From: the human T2T-CHM13v2.0 reference genome, Homo sapiens
DNA: 64,000 nucleotides
Assembly (NCBI RefSeq): GCF_009914755.1
Contig: NC_060933.1
Direction: 5' to 3' (one strand)
Positions 1-48,479 of this stretch are shown here, piece by piece (the first letter of the stretch is position 1; the number at the start of each line of letters is the position of its first letter). Made by a program: the position numbers and the translations under genes. Below the pieces are notes generated by a model that saw only the letters and a list, made by a program, of their open reading frames with translations, made no database searches and was not told where the DNA came from.

Positions 1-613
1 CGATTGGATTTGGGATCCAGCAACGTGATACAGTTCACAGCCCAGCTATAGTCGGCATCCAATAAATGTATTTATTGGATCAATGTATTCAACAGATTCT
101 TAGCATTTACTATATGAGCAGGCACTGTTCTAAGTGCTTGAAATAAGTCAGCAAAAGAGACAAAAGATCCCTGATTAGTTGAGTGTATGTTCTCACAGTA
201 AAGTATGTAAAGTGTGTTAGAAGATGGTAAGTGCTGTGGAAAAGAAACAAATAGAGCAAAACAAGGGAATCACCTCCGGGAGGGTGGCAAGGTTGAGTTG
301 CAAATTAAAATTAGCGCATTCTGGTTTGGGATTTGGTTGGAAACATGACAGATAAAGCAGTGGATTGAATGATAGGCCTTGGGTTCCAGTCACTGCCTGG
401 TGGTTTTAGGGGTCTGTAAGCTTGAACTTTATTTTACAAAAGCTTTTATTTAGAGTGTACACCCTGAACTCAAGTCCTGATTGTGGGGTATTTAACAGTG
501 ATGAAAGAGCCAGGCTGTTCTTAGCCTTTTACCTTAGCAAGACAAACAGTATCCAACTGGTTCTCATTAGCATGAAGGAGGAAACTTGGAGAAGCCATGC
601 ACGTTGACAACAA

Positions 614-911
614 TTTTTTTTTTTTTTTTTGAGACGGAGTCTCACTCAGTTGCCTAGGCTGGAGTGCAGTGGTGCGATCTTGGCTCACTCCAACCTCCGC
701 CTCCCAGGTTCAAGTGATTCTCCTGCCTCAGACTCCTGAGTAGCTGGGATTACAGGCGCCCACCACCACACCTGGCTAATTTATGTATTTTTAGTAGAGA
801 CGGGGTTTCACCATGTTGGCCAGGCTGGTCTCAAATTCCTAACCTTGAGTGATCCGCCCGCCTCAGCCTCCCAAAGTGCTGGGATTACAGGTGTGAGCCA
901 CTGTGCCCGGC
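614..911 (-). mobile_element. Alu (AluS-type)
   Basis: Poly-T followed by reverse Alu consensus; flanking acaacaa duplication. Confidence 0.95.
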
Positions 912-3262
912 TAACAACAAATATTTAAAGGCAGGAAAGTGGCAGTGCTCTTTGGCTCCAGTGAGCAGTCATGGCTCAATAAATAGAAATTTCAGGAGAG
1001 CCAATTTCCATTGATTATAAAGACTTAGGTTTGTAGCAACTAGAGCTGCCCTCTGGGAAAAGGGTGATTTTATCATCAACGACTGCTCAAACTGGGTTTG
1101 GAGAACAACCCAGTAGGGCTTTTACAGAGCAGAGTTGTGCCTTAAGGGGAAGATGCATGGTTTCTAAACCCCTTTAAACTCTGAGATTGCATGGGGGAAG
1201 GCAGCTGCAGATCATGCTGCCTGAAAAGAGAGGATCTGATTTCAGGCCCCAGAAATCATGATTTTCCTAGTTCTTAGTTTCCGCATCTCTAATGTGAGTT
1301 TTTTCTAAGGTTTCTAGTCTGAGCTTCGAGACTGAGTTTCTGCTCATGCTTACTCACCACTGAGTGTGAGGCTTTTAATGACCTGGGCCAGTGACTGGCT
1401 GCAGCCTAGGGTAGCCCCAAACCCACGCCTTCTCCAATTAAGGGACTCTTCCGGACAGAGCTCAGAGCAAAGGGTAGTAGCAGGCTTTGAGCTGCAGGGA
1501 GATACTGTCATATCCTAGACTGAAGGAAGTTAAGCTGAGCAGAAAAATGCTCTGAAGAATGACTCAGAAGAGGCTCTTGTGAGGAAGCTTCCTTGGAGTA
1601 CGCGTGTTTGGATTTGGGGAGGTGAAGGTCGTCCCCATGCCAGGCTGGCCGGGGCTGTTTGTGACATCGTGGAGCTGAGTGTTCAGAGCATGGGCTTCAG
1701 GGCAGGTAGTCGTGGGTTCGAATTTTGGTTCTGCAGCTCAGTAGCTGTGTGACCTTAGCCAGTTATTCCACTTCTCTGAGCCTCGGTGTCTCCATTGTTA
1801 GTGATGGAGATGGATTTAGTTTGGAACCTTGCCACCTCCCAGGGTGGTTGTGAGGGTCCAGTGAGGTCACATGTGAGAACACCAGACTAAGATGTTAGTG
1901 TCAGTTCCAATATTCAGGGCCGTGGGGCAGGGGGAAGGGCGATGAGGAGACACAGAAGTGTGTGGGCAGCAGAGACTGTGGAAGTGCGGAGGCATGGGGA
2001 GGCCTGAGGGCTCTGCTTCGAGAGTCAGAGGATGGTGGCCTCCGAGTGAGGACTGGGTTAAGGGAAGGGGTGGGTGTGTCTGGGACTTAGGGAGAATGCT
2101 GTTGTGTGGAGGTAGAGTAAAGACAGCAGGAGGGAGAGAAAGGGTGTGCGAGGGCCAGAGGGGACTGTGGAGGGGGTGGGCACACACCCTGTGCGGGGCT
2201 GGGGGTGTGAGATGGCTAATGTGGTTGGGGTCAGCGTGGGCAGGGCTGTGGGCATCGTTGTGTGGGTGGGAGGCCCAGAAGTGTCGCCCTCCCCATCCTG
2301 AGGGACTGGTTCCTCGCTGGGAGGAGGAGGATGTAGCCAGAACCTCTGGGAAAACAATGAGTAACAGGCACCAGAGGCAGCCAGGTCCAGATGTGCTGCC
2401 TACCTAGGACCACAGGCTGTGCTGGCTGGTCCCTCCCCTGCCCTTCCTCAGGCCTTGCCCCTCCACTTTGCCCCTGTGGGTGGAGTGGCACTTTCCCCCA
2501 CCCTGGAGGCCCAGGGAAGGAAAGCTGCCTTTATGAGCCTGAAGCATCTTGGAGGTCTCCTGGGGCCAGCAATGGTGGGCTCTTTGCCAAAAGTCTCAGG
2601 CCTTCCTCCCCCCATCCTGTGCTCTCCTGCCCCAAGAGAGGAGGCTCTGGTGGGCCGGGAGGGCGGGGCACACGCTGCACCTTGCTGACTTGTTGTACAG
2701 TAGGTCCTACTCTGCGTGGCTGCACCTGGAAGCACGTTCTTTCAGCTGCACAGGTGTCTTTCCCTTTTGGCCTTTATGAAATGCCTGCTGTGCACACTCC
2801 ATATATTTGCACAGAGGCACAGGTGGGACGGAAAGAGTGGGGAAAGCAGACACAACCTGCTCGCTTCCTGCTGTGTTGCTTCCTGTCTGGGACCTTCCAT
2901 TCCTCCTCTGTGAGATGAGAAACAGCCGCCCTTGCCCTAGAGAGTGGGTGAACAAAGCCCTGGGTACCAGGTCTGGAGGCTCAGTGGGTGCTGGGTCCTG
3001 GATCCTGCGATGGGGCTGCCTGTTCCAGAAAACCCGCTCCCTGCTCCCACCTCAAAGGTGAGAAAGGGAATCTATTTTTTTAAAAAGTCAAACTTAAGAA
3101 AAATTACAAGAATACAATGAACTCCCACATACCCCTCACCTAGATTCACGAATTAGTAACATTTGCCTTATTTACTCTAACTCTAATCTCTATAGTTATT
3201 GTCATAATTATTGCTGATTCAGGTAGGAGTAAGCTGCAGACATCACAGTCCTTTTCCCCTAA

Positions 3263-4051
<789 letters not shown>

Positions 4052-5150
4052 AATACTATGATCTAACAGGCAGTCCACACTCAGGCATGCTGGTTGTCCT
4101 GGGGATGTTCTTTGTGGCATCCCCCCACATTGACCCACAATCCAGCTTTGTTATGTCTCCTCAGTGTCTTGCCTGGAACAGTTTCTCAGCCTTGGTGGAG
4201 AAAGGGAACCTTCACGTTGCAGGGAAGCAAAGGTGCTCAGCAGGAATGGGGGTTCAGAAGCGCAGGCTGCCCCAGGACAGGGAAGCTGTTGAAGGGTTTG
4301 CTCTAGTCCATGAAGTTGCCTTTCCTGGCTTTTTCTTTGATGTCAAAAGCACCAGGAGGTGAGCTTAGATCTCAGGAAGCGCACCAAGAATCCGTGCATG
4401 AGTCCCCTGCGGTGTGTCTGACTCCATCACCATGGCGCCTGTTCGTTGCTGGGCTGGTTGGCCTGCAGAGCCCTGAGTGGTCTCATGGAGGGTGCCCTTC
4501 TGAGTGACCTTGAGCATGTGACTTCTATTCCTACCAATTTCAGTGTCCTAATGTATAGAACAGCCAGTGACACAAATTATAGTAGTAAACATTTTTTGAG
4601 CATTCTTGTCATGCAAATCAATAAAAAATCTGAGCCACCCAGAAAGTCCATGAGGCCCTAAGTCATTCAACTTAGCGTTTACTGTGCATTGGCTCACTTC
4701 ATCTTCTCAGTAACCCTAGGTGCTGTCATTGTCCCCATTTTATGAATGTGGAGACTGAGCGATTTATCTAAAGTCACAGACTTGCAAGGGGCAGAGTGAG
4801 GTACTGAACCCAGGGCTACTTGTCCCTGTAATTTCCTTCCATAGTGACCGTTACCTCCCGGGATAATGTATGTGCAGCAGCTAACCCTCAGTGAGTGTAG
4901 GAAACAGAGGTGCTGGTGGTGATTATCACCTCCCTAGTGTCTGCTTGCAAGTACCCTGAGGTTGAAGTATGGGACTCTGTACACTACAAGAGCAGGGCCT
5001 ATGCCTGGCTGTTTCCCAGCACCCCAAGTCACTGTTCCTAAGGAGGTACATGGTCAGTGTTGGTTGGGTACCAAAAGGAAGCAAAATGATAACTTTCAGA
5101 CAGCTGAGATATGCACCCTCTTGTCGACCCCCATGCTTCCGATATTTTAG

Positions 5151-7650
<2,500 letters not shown>

Positions 7651-8089
7651 ATACAAAAAACACATGTTGAGGGCACTTCTTGGCCCCTGTGAGTCACCTG
7701 GAGAAGTGTGCTTAGGAGCCATCCAGGTAGCAGCTTTGGGGACTTCTGGGACCACTCAGATGCTCCCACCCCTTCTCTGAAAACCACCCTGTGTAGGCTC
7801 AGGGCAGTGCCTGGCACAGGGGCCTGGAGAGCTCCAGGGAACAGAGGCTCTGTCCCCTATGGTGCCCTCAGGAGTTTGGGGAAGAGCAACATACCTAGGA
7901 AGCCAGATGCACACTCTTCTTATTTTCTTATTTTGGAAACTTGAAAAACCATTAACAGTAACCGATTTAGGTATTTTTTTTGGTTTGTTTTTGTTTTTAG
8001 GAGCAGAGGTTTAACAGGCAAAAGAAAAAGAAAGAAAGGAAAACAGCTCTCTCTCTAGTGAGAGAGGGGACTTCTGAGAGGAAAAGCAT

Positions 8090-11238
<3,149 letters not shown>

Positions 11239-12050
11239 ATGGGCCAAGTTATAACCTGCCCACTCCCTCCCCAGCCACCCGACTGGAGAGATGATCACTT
11301 ACCAAAGATGCTAGCAAAACCCACACCACTGCAGCTTAAAATAGTGTAAGACTAGTGCCGACTCAGGGCACATGGCCTCAGCAGAAACAATGAAGAAAAC
11401 TAAAAAACCTGGCTTCAAGTGAGGAGGTTTGGAATTTGGAATCTTGAAGCTGTCATTGTCATGTGACTATTTTAAATGGTAGCTTCTAACTGCCTCTCCC
11501 TCTTTGAGCTGTCCACATCTGGGAGACTGTGACCTGCCAGTGAAGTGTGGGTAGTGGCAATGTGTGGATGAGCCCGGTTGTGCCTGCAGCCTGGGCCTGC
11601 TGAACACTTGAGGGTCGGGGGTTCTCAGGAAATCCCTGAGAGCTCAAAGGATGGCCTGAGGGGCCTGGTGGCATGTGTGGAAGGGGCCAGGCCTTCCTGT
11701 CCAGAGGGTTGATGGACTGTGGTAGCCTGATGGGACAATAGGAGAGGCCCTGTAGACCCCTCCAGCAGACCTGTGCAGGTTTCCTCCTGGGGAGCACCAA
11801 GGTAATGCCTCAGCAGTGACTAGTGAAGGCCAGCACTCCCTAGGAGGGGCTGCCCCTGCGTGCCAGCTCTGCCTGAGCCTTGGCCAGCTGGCCCAGGAGT
11901 GATGTGGTGGTATTGCTCTCTGGCTGCACAGGGAGTAGTCTAGCCTGTGGACATCCCCAATATCCTGAAATTAGTTCCTCCCAGGAGGAATGCTGGGCCC
12001 TTTTTAGCTTCTAGTTGGTGCTAAGAGTGATTTTAAAATAACGGAACTGT

Positions 12051-12340
12051 CTGGGCACAGTGGCTCACGCCTATAATCTCAGCACTTTGGAAGGCCTGAG
12101 GTGGGAGGACTACTTGAGCCCAGGAGTTCAAGACCAGCCTGGACAACAAAACAAGACCCTGTCTCTACAAGAAATTTTAAATAAATTAGGTGGGTGTGGT
12201 GGTGCACACCTATAGTCCCAGCTACTTGGGAAGTTGAGGTGGGAGGATTGCTTGAGCCTAGAAGGTCAAGGCTGCAGTGAGCTGTGATCATGCCACTGCA
12301 ACTCCAGCCTGGGCAAGCGAGCAAGAGGCTGTCTTAAAAG
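12051..12340 (+). mobile_element. Alu (AluJ-like)
   Basis: Diverged Alu consensus. Confidence 0.92.
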
Positions 12341-12384
12341 TAATAATAACAGAACTGTGTGAAATGCTCTGGTTCATCCCCCAG

Positions 12385-12496
12385 GCTCCTTGCCAGAGGC
12401 CTCCACTCACTCCAGACCCCTATAGCCCGTCGCTGTCAGCTGTCAACAAAGGATGCGAATGCTGGCCGCTTCCTGTGGGCTTCGTGTCACCCAGAG
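12385..12496 (+). other. USP20: USP20 non-coding 5'UTR exon (exon 2, 112 nt)
   Basis: Acceptor ttcatccccccag| at 12384 and consensus donor GAG|gtaagc at 12497; unique sequence between two Alus; size agrees with my recollection of the annotated 5'UTR exon. Confidence 0.75.
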
Positions 12497-13209
12497 GTAA
12501 GCCCATGGCCTCCTCTCGGGTCCCTTCAACACGGACTGAGGAGGACACATGGATTTTTCTCTTTAGATGAAAGAATGGAATTGTGATTATGGGGTTTTTT
12601 TTTTTAAGTCTTTATCTCTTAGAAAAATACAGATGGAATGTGATCGCCTGTGTGTCTGGGACTTGCTACAAAAGCAAGAGGAAGCAGGAGGTTGAGATGA
12701 AGCAAGATTGGCCATGAGTTGTTAATTGATGAGTCTAGGTACATGGAAACATGGAAGTGCGTTATATAGTTTGGTCTACTTTGTTTTTTCCTTTTTTTTC
12801 TTTATGCTCATCTTTAATGTGACGGTAAGTTCTGCCTGCTTTTCACATTTACATTTTCTATAAGTTAGAAAGCAACTGAGCGGGCCCTTAGGATCTGACC
12901 CACTTGAGGTTCAGCTCTAGCGCCAACATTCCTATGAGACCTTAGACAAGAAGGAGCCTCTGTTCCTTAGTCTGTGAAATGGGGCTGATCACAGCTGCCT
13001 CAACGATTGCTGGAAGAGTTTTTCATAAACGAATGCACAAAAAGCACTTGGTTTGGTATCTGACACCTCATGAGTTTTAGTAACTCACGTTCTGAATGAG
13101 AATCTGGCCAGTTGACCCTGGCTGACCATTTGGGACAGGGAGGGGCACGTAAGGAGGAGTCTGGGGGTCCACCTCTCAGATCAGGTGGGCACACATGCAG
13201 CTTCTGCCT

Positions 13210-13997
13210 TTGTTTTTTGTTTTTTGTGTGTGTGTGTGTGTTTTGGGATGGAGTTGCGCTCTTGTTGCCTAGGCTGCGGTTCAATGGCACGATGTTGGCT
13301 TGCCACAACTTCCGCCTCCTGGGTTCAAGCGATTCTCCTGCCTCAGCCTCCTGAGTAGCTGGGATTATAGGCTTGTGCATCATGCCCGGCTAATTTTGTA
13401 TTTTTAGTAGAGACGGGATTTCTCCATGTTGGTCAGGCTGGTCTTGATCTCCTGACCTCAGGTGATCTGCCCGCCTCGGCCTCCCAAAGTGCTAGGATTA
13501 CAGGCATGAGCCACCGCACCCAGTCTTTTGTTTTGTTTTTAAGACTCATGCAGTCACAGAGGCTTCTGCCTTTGGTTAAAGCAGTCTTGGCTCCAGTTAC
13601 ATCTTTGGTTGGTTTGGACCTTATTTGGCAACAGTTTGAAGCTATAATCAGCAGTCAGATTCCTGGATTTGATTCTGCTAAAATACCGTAGGTGAAGCAT
13701 TTATTTAGTTACTCATTTTTAAATGTTTTCTTTTGAAATAATTATAGATTCACAGGCAGTTGCAAAAAATGTACCCTAAGGTCCTTTGTACCTTCACCCA
13801 GTTTCCCCTAATGGTAAGAATAACACATACTTTTTTTTTTTTTTTTTTTGAGATGAGGTCTTGCTCTGTCACCCAGGCTGGAGTGCAGTGGCATGGTCAC
13901 GGCTCACTGCAGCCTTGAACTCCTGGGCTCACATGATCTCCTACCTCAGCCTCTTGAGTAGCTGGGACTACAGGCATGCACCAGCATCCCAGCTAAT
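13210..13997 (-). mobile_element. Two Alus (13210-13522 full length; 13832-13997 partial)
   Basis: Reverse Alu consensus. Confidence 0.9.
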
Positions 13998-15127
13998 AAT
14001 ACATCTTAGTATGTCTGTAGTACAATCAGTAAACTGACATTGGCATAATCCATGGAGCTTATTCAGATTTCACTAGTTCTGTAGGCACTCATGTGTGTTC
14101 AGTTATTTGCACTTTTAACACACGTGTAGATCCATGTAACCACCCCACACTCAAGATACAGAGCTGTTCATCTTCACCAAGGTGCTCCCTTGAGGGAAGC
14201 ATTTATTTTCTAAGACAGATATCTTTTTATACCCCTGATTTAAAAGGGAAAGAAACGCAGGAGAATGTTGGGAAAGATGTTTGCTACTTGTTATCAGTGA
14301 TTTATTTTACTTTGTGCTTTCTTGTTTGAGTTTTGTTTTTATAATGAACGTGTATCAGTTAGACAGAAGCAACAGAGCTTTTTTTTTTTCCATCTCTTGA
14401 AACCCATCACCCAGCTGCACCACTGCTGATGTTTTGGCAAACACAGACTGCTTTCTAGGTTGTTCTCCTGCCTTTCTCTCTGACTTTCTCCCTGCTCTCA
14501 GAAGACGTTCTCTGGAGGCAGTGCTGCATGGCCTGCTCCCATGGTGGTCTGGTGTTCAAACCTCACTCCGCAGGGGGCTCCCACAAGACGTGGGATAAGT
14601 GGTCTGCCAGCACTTGGCCTCCAGAGGCTCTTGAGAAGACCTATGTCAACATCTGCTGCTTGCCTTTTTGAAACCCAGCCTTTCTACACTGCCGCCTTCT
14701 CTGCCTGTATCCTTGGACGGACATGGATTTGGCCTCCTCTAACAAAACATCTGTGGTTTTAGATTGTCTGGTGTGCAGCTCCCTGCATGCATGCAGGACT
14801 CCCATGTCTTCCCTACCAATAATTCTGATCACTACACCTGTCACCTGCCATGGGCTTTCCCTACATCAGGGACTACACCAGGCATTTGACAGACATTGTC
14901 TCCGTGACCTAGGAGCGACCCACTGGGGCAACTGTTATCTTCTTAGACAAGGAAAGTGATGCTCAGAGAGGTTAAGCAACTTCCCTGCGTTACCAGCTGG
15001 TTTGTGGCAGACCAGGACTCAAGGCCAAAGTCATGTACTTAACCACTCACCTCCCCACCTCCTGCCAACACTGGCTGCCATTAACCCGGGATTGCTTGTG
15101 TCTTCTCATAGGTGAGCCCAGGCCAGG

Positions 15128-43001
<27,874 letters not shown>

Positions 43002-44570
43002 TCTGCTGGGCTAGTCTGTAAGTCGCCCCGGCTGGTCCCTCCATGGCACTCTGGGTCCTCTCCTCACTCTCCAGAGACCCTCACATGTCCTTTTGAACAT
43101 CCAAAGAGCAGGTCCCTGAAAGCACCTTCCTGGAGGATGTGGGAGGGCCCTGGACATGGCCCGGCCCCACTGCTGAGTGCCCGTGTCCCCACAGCCCCAT
43201 GTGCCCCACCCCGCGGAAGGCGTGTTTGTGCCCAGAAGAGAGGCCGGGCTGCTGCAGAACCCCGCCGTGTAAAGAGGCAGAAAAGTTGGTTTGGTTTGCA
43301 GTAACGCTGCAACTAGAAAATATATGCACTTCAGGCTTGTTGAAACGACCAAGACTCTGTGACGTTAATTTGGGTCTTTGTCCTGGCAGTGCCTCTGCCA
43401 GTCACTGTCATCGTTGTGTCCCCCACAACTGTCCTCTTGCTAGCTCGGCCCAGCTTTGTCCCTGGAGCCCGATGCTACCCCTGTCAGACAGAGGCTGCGG
43501 CCTGGGCCAGAGTCAGGGAGTAGCTGCTGCTTCACGGCGTCTCCACTGTGCGATTGGCCCGGAGCCCCGAAGACTCGGAGGGAGCTGCTCAGGGCCGGTG
43601 AGCGCAGCCAGAAGCCCTGGCCAGTGAGGAGCTCACAGGTCCTCCCTGGTGGTCCCGCCGCACCTCTGCATCTCCTGGGCGTCACCAGGAAGGCTCTGAA
43701 GTCCCGGGCTGCTCTCAGCACTTCTCCTGCAGACTGAAGACTCTGGACTCATTGCTGATTGGAACACCAGGAGGAGGTTGGATTTCTGCCAGTGGGGGAT
43801 GTTTCTGGAGGCAGCTGGTCCCCCACACCGCGTCCTGCTGAGCCTGCCCCCTGGATTGGCTGTAATTTGCCTCGAAGTTCAGCAGTTCATCTTCATGGGA
43901 AATTTGCTGAGCCCCCACCAGGGAACCGGATGATGAAACAGGGATACCTCACAGCTTGGCCATTTGAGGCAAAGGCAGCTTCCCGAGCTGATGCTAAAGA
44001 AGACAGACTTTCCCTTCCTCCCAGCAGCAGCAGTGCAGAGCCCGCCTGGAGGGATGTGGGGGCTGTGCAGGGTGCAGCGCTCAGGTGGATCCTGGGAAGC
44101 AGCCTCTGGATGCTGAGTGGAGGGAGCCACTGAGCACAGCAAGGCACCAAAGCCCCTGGAGAAACCGCCAGGGCGAGGTGCGACCATCATCAGGATCAAA
44201 GCAGACGGGGCGTGGGTGGGGAAGGGGCTCTGGGACCAGACCCCCCACACTACTGCGTCTTTGTTTCTATCAGTCTTTGTAGAAGCAGGTGGTGGTGGAA
44301 ATTCCAGCAGGTGGGTCCCGCAGAGGCCCTGAGGCCTCACTTTTCGGATCTTCTGTCCCAGATCCTGCTCCCTCCCTGCTGAGCCTGGGGTTCCCCTGGC
44401 ATTGGCCCCAGCCTTCTGAAAGCCGGCGCTGCAGCCAGAGGCCGCACGCTGCACTGTCGCGACGCAGAGAGGCTTCTGTGCAGGCTGGGATCGGGCCCCA
44501 TGTCTGTGCTGTCTAGTTTGTGTTCAAAATGTCAGAATAAACACAGAATAAATGTTCCCACGGCCACACA
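43002..44570 (+). other. USP20: USP20 3'UTR (may contain an optional intron starting at 43018)
   Basis: Repeat-free sequence between the stop codon and the poly(A) signals; 3' end approximate. Confidence 0.8.
44536..44552 (+). terminator. USP20: USP20 polyadenylation signals (two AATAAA, 44536 and 44547)
   Basis: gtcagAATAAAcacagAATAAAtgtt; first canonical hexamers after the stop. Confidence 0.88.
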
Positions 44571-45059
44571 GTCGTCTCTCCTTCACCGCAGTTCTGTTAC
44601 TGGAGGGAAGGTGAGGCTCTCCGCCACGCGGACAGCCCGCCAAGCCCTGGGGCTCACATTGCACATCACCAGGCCCAGGAGGGGGCTTTCCATGTGGCTT
44701 TCTGAAACCAGAGACCACCTGGAGGCTGTGGAGGCGAGCAGAAGAGGGGACCCAGCTGCTATAAAGGCCTATTGGCATCTCCTTTCCTGGAATCAGCCCC
44801 AGCCTCAGAGAAGTAGGGCCAGATGTGGCCAGTGATTGAGGCCAGCACATCCCACAGGCTAGTCTCCCTCCAGCCACCCAGACAGGCGGCTCCAGAGTGG
44901 CCGTGAGCAGGGGGTTACCTCCCCTTTGCACACTGGCCCTGGGCGTTCAGCAATACTGGTGTTCAGTAGTCTGAGTTTTTTGTTGGGTCTCATTTTGGGG
45001 GAGAGAAGAACTTGAGATTTTTATATATAACTTATCAACATTTATTTGTGAAATCCCAT

Positions 45060-45890
<831 letters not shown>

Positions 45891-46090
45891 TCAGATACGA
45901 GCGTACAGAAACATTTCAGCATATGCAAGGATAACACGGTGACAAGGAACCAAGATGACACATTGCCAGTTCCATGGAAAGCCTGGGGCCCCTCCGGAGT
46001 CGGCCACCTTGCCTGACCCCAGAGGTGGCTCTTTGCATGTGGTTCCCTCATCCCGCCTTTTTTTTTTTTTTTTTCCTGAAAAAAGCTTCA

Positions 46091-46673
46091 TTTTATTATT
46101 ATTTTTTGAGACAGAGTCTCACTCTGTTGCCCAGGCTGGAGTGCAGTGGTATAATCTCAACTCACTGCAACCTCTGCCTCCTGGGGTTCAAGCAATTCTC
46201 CTGCCTCAGCCTCTGGAGTAGCTGGGTCTACAGGCATGTGCCACGACGCCTGGCTAATTTTATTTTTTATTTTATTTATTTTTAGTAGAGACGGGGTTTC
46301 ACGGTGTTAGCTAGGATGGTCTCGATCTCATGACCTTGTGATCTGCCTGCCTCAGCCTCCCAAAGTGCTGGGATTACAGGCATGAGCCACCACACCCGGC
46401 CAAAACATCATTTTAAAATTGAGCTTTCTGACTGTGCTCCTGCCCTTAACACCTTCCCAGCAACTTTCTGCTCCTTGATGAGGAAGGCACACTTGATCCT
46501 GTCGGGAACACGTTCACACAGAAGCACCAGATGCACTGCTGATGGGTTTTTTGTTTGTAGACAGGGTCTCACTGTGTTGCCCAGGCTGGCCTCGAACTCC
46601 TAGGCTCAAGTGATCCTTCTGCCTCAGCCTCCCAAAGTGCTGGGATTACAGGCGTGAGCCACCACGCCTGGCC
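46091..46673 (-). mobile_element. Alu 46091-46400 and monomer 46546-46673
   Basis: Reverse Alu consensus. Confidence 0.9.
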
Positions 46674-48479
46674 GCTTGCTGACATGTTTTTGCTTTGGGG
46701 CAGTCTCATAGGAGCTTTAGGTCTCACAGCACAAACCCCTCGGAGTCAGCCCAGGCCCATGCCATGTGCAGACTTTGGCAGTTTCCCAATCTTGGTATAA
46801 AGGTAAACGATTCTCTTCCCAGGGGTTCGGGCCGGCCTAGTGCTGTTAGAGGCTGTATTCTAGGAAAGCCTATGACGGTTTGGGAAACTGGGCCATGCTG
46901 AGTGCCTGTAGACAGCGTTCCCGGAAGAGGAAAAAGCAACCTTTGTCTTTATGTGGGAATCTCTAAGCAATATTTTTGGCTTTGTTTACATTTGAAGGTT
47001 AGATATGTGTCAATCCACGTGATTGACATTGAACATGGAAAATGAGAATGAAAGTTTTGTCTGGAAGATTTATTTAGGAGGTTTGGAGACAGTTCTTGCA
47101 CTACAGAAAGGTGGGCTGGAAATAGGTACCAATTTGCCTTAAAACGTTTCTTTTAAAATACCTGGCTTTTAAGGAGTTCAGACTGAGATGCCAAGATCTG
47201 AAGTCTGTGCTTGATTACTGAGCAGGGACAGGAAGTGCTCGGTGACTGGGGAGGCGGGGCTCAGGCCTCGCTCCCCACGGTGCCCCACGGTGGCTCCTCC
47301 TCCGCGCTAAGCCAGGGCGTGGCTTCAGCAGCGCTTCTTAGAGGAGCCGGAAAGGCGCCCCTGCACCGTGGGGGAGGCTGCAGGAGACCTGCCGCCTGCC
47401 TGTGGTTCTGTCGGCCATGGCGCTGCTCACAAACCTGCATCCGAATACATTTGCAAGGCGCAGCCACCCAAAAAGTGTAGTTCCTACCATTGTTCTGTTT
47501 TAAATTCAGTGCAAACATAAATTATCCTGAGGGTCTTAATGCTACCTAATTTTGAGCCCCAGAGAGCCTTGGGGGAAGTGAGCAGAGGTTTCGGAATCAC
47601 AGCCCCCTCTGGCTCGTCCCTTCTGCAACTTCACCTACACAGAGAGACACCTGCTACCTGGACGGAGCAAGGGTGAGCTGGGCGCAGAAGAAACACACGC
47701 CTTTGGGGAAAGCTAGGAGCAGTAGACAGCCTAGGCAATGTATGTTCTGGAAGGGTGTCCCAGGGTTTCTCAGGGTGCAGCCTCCATTCCTTCCTTCGAT
47801 TTGACCCGGGACCAGCCTAGATGAGGGGGCCTGTGGAGAGCTGGAACTGGAAACAGGTTCTCAAGGGCAGGGCTCGGCACAGCGTGGCAGCCAGGGGCTG
47901 TGCGGACTGAAGGGATGCGGCCCTGTCCTAGGCTGAGACGTCCGTCCAGCAGGTGCCGCAGGGAGGAAGGGAGCCTTCCCCATCCCCGACGGGGACAGTG
48001 GGTCCGTGTTTCCTCCCACAGCTTTCGGCCCCTTAGCTCTGAGGACAAGGATAGGGTCCTTCCTCTGCTTCTTCTGTACCTTTTGTGGTCCGGAGATGTC
48101 CCCGGCGGAGGTCACTATACCATCTGGAGGTCTAACGGGAGGCAGGAGTGCTCAAGTCAAGGCCGAATGGGCACTCAGTGGGACCCTGGAGAAGCAGCTG
48201 ACACACCAAGGGGCTGCCACGTGCCTGCTGGCAGCCTTCACACGCTCATCCCGGGTCTCAGAGGGCGCTGGCAACACAGATCCCTGCCTCCCCTATCGGG
48301 AAAGCGTTTTAGGACCAGGGAAAAGGAGGCCTCCCCCAGGCGAGTGCGCAGAGCCAGGGAACCCGTCTGGATGGTGGCTCTTTCCCACCATCCTTCTCTG
48401 GCAGCAGCAGTTCAAAGTGGAGCTTCCAGGCTGTCCCATACATTTCACGATTTCTGAGTCTTTCGCTTCAATTTAAAAA

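Noticed and set aside
1867-3061. Overlapping ORFs of 82-175 aa in USP20 intron 1
   Set aside because: G/T-skewed low-complexity sequence, open on both strands, no recognisable domain or coherent exon structure.
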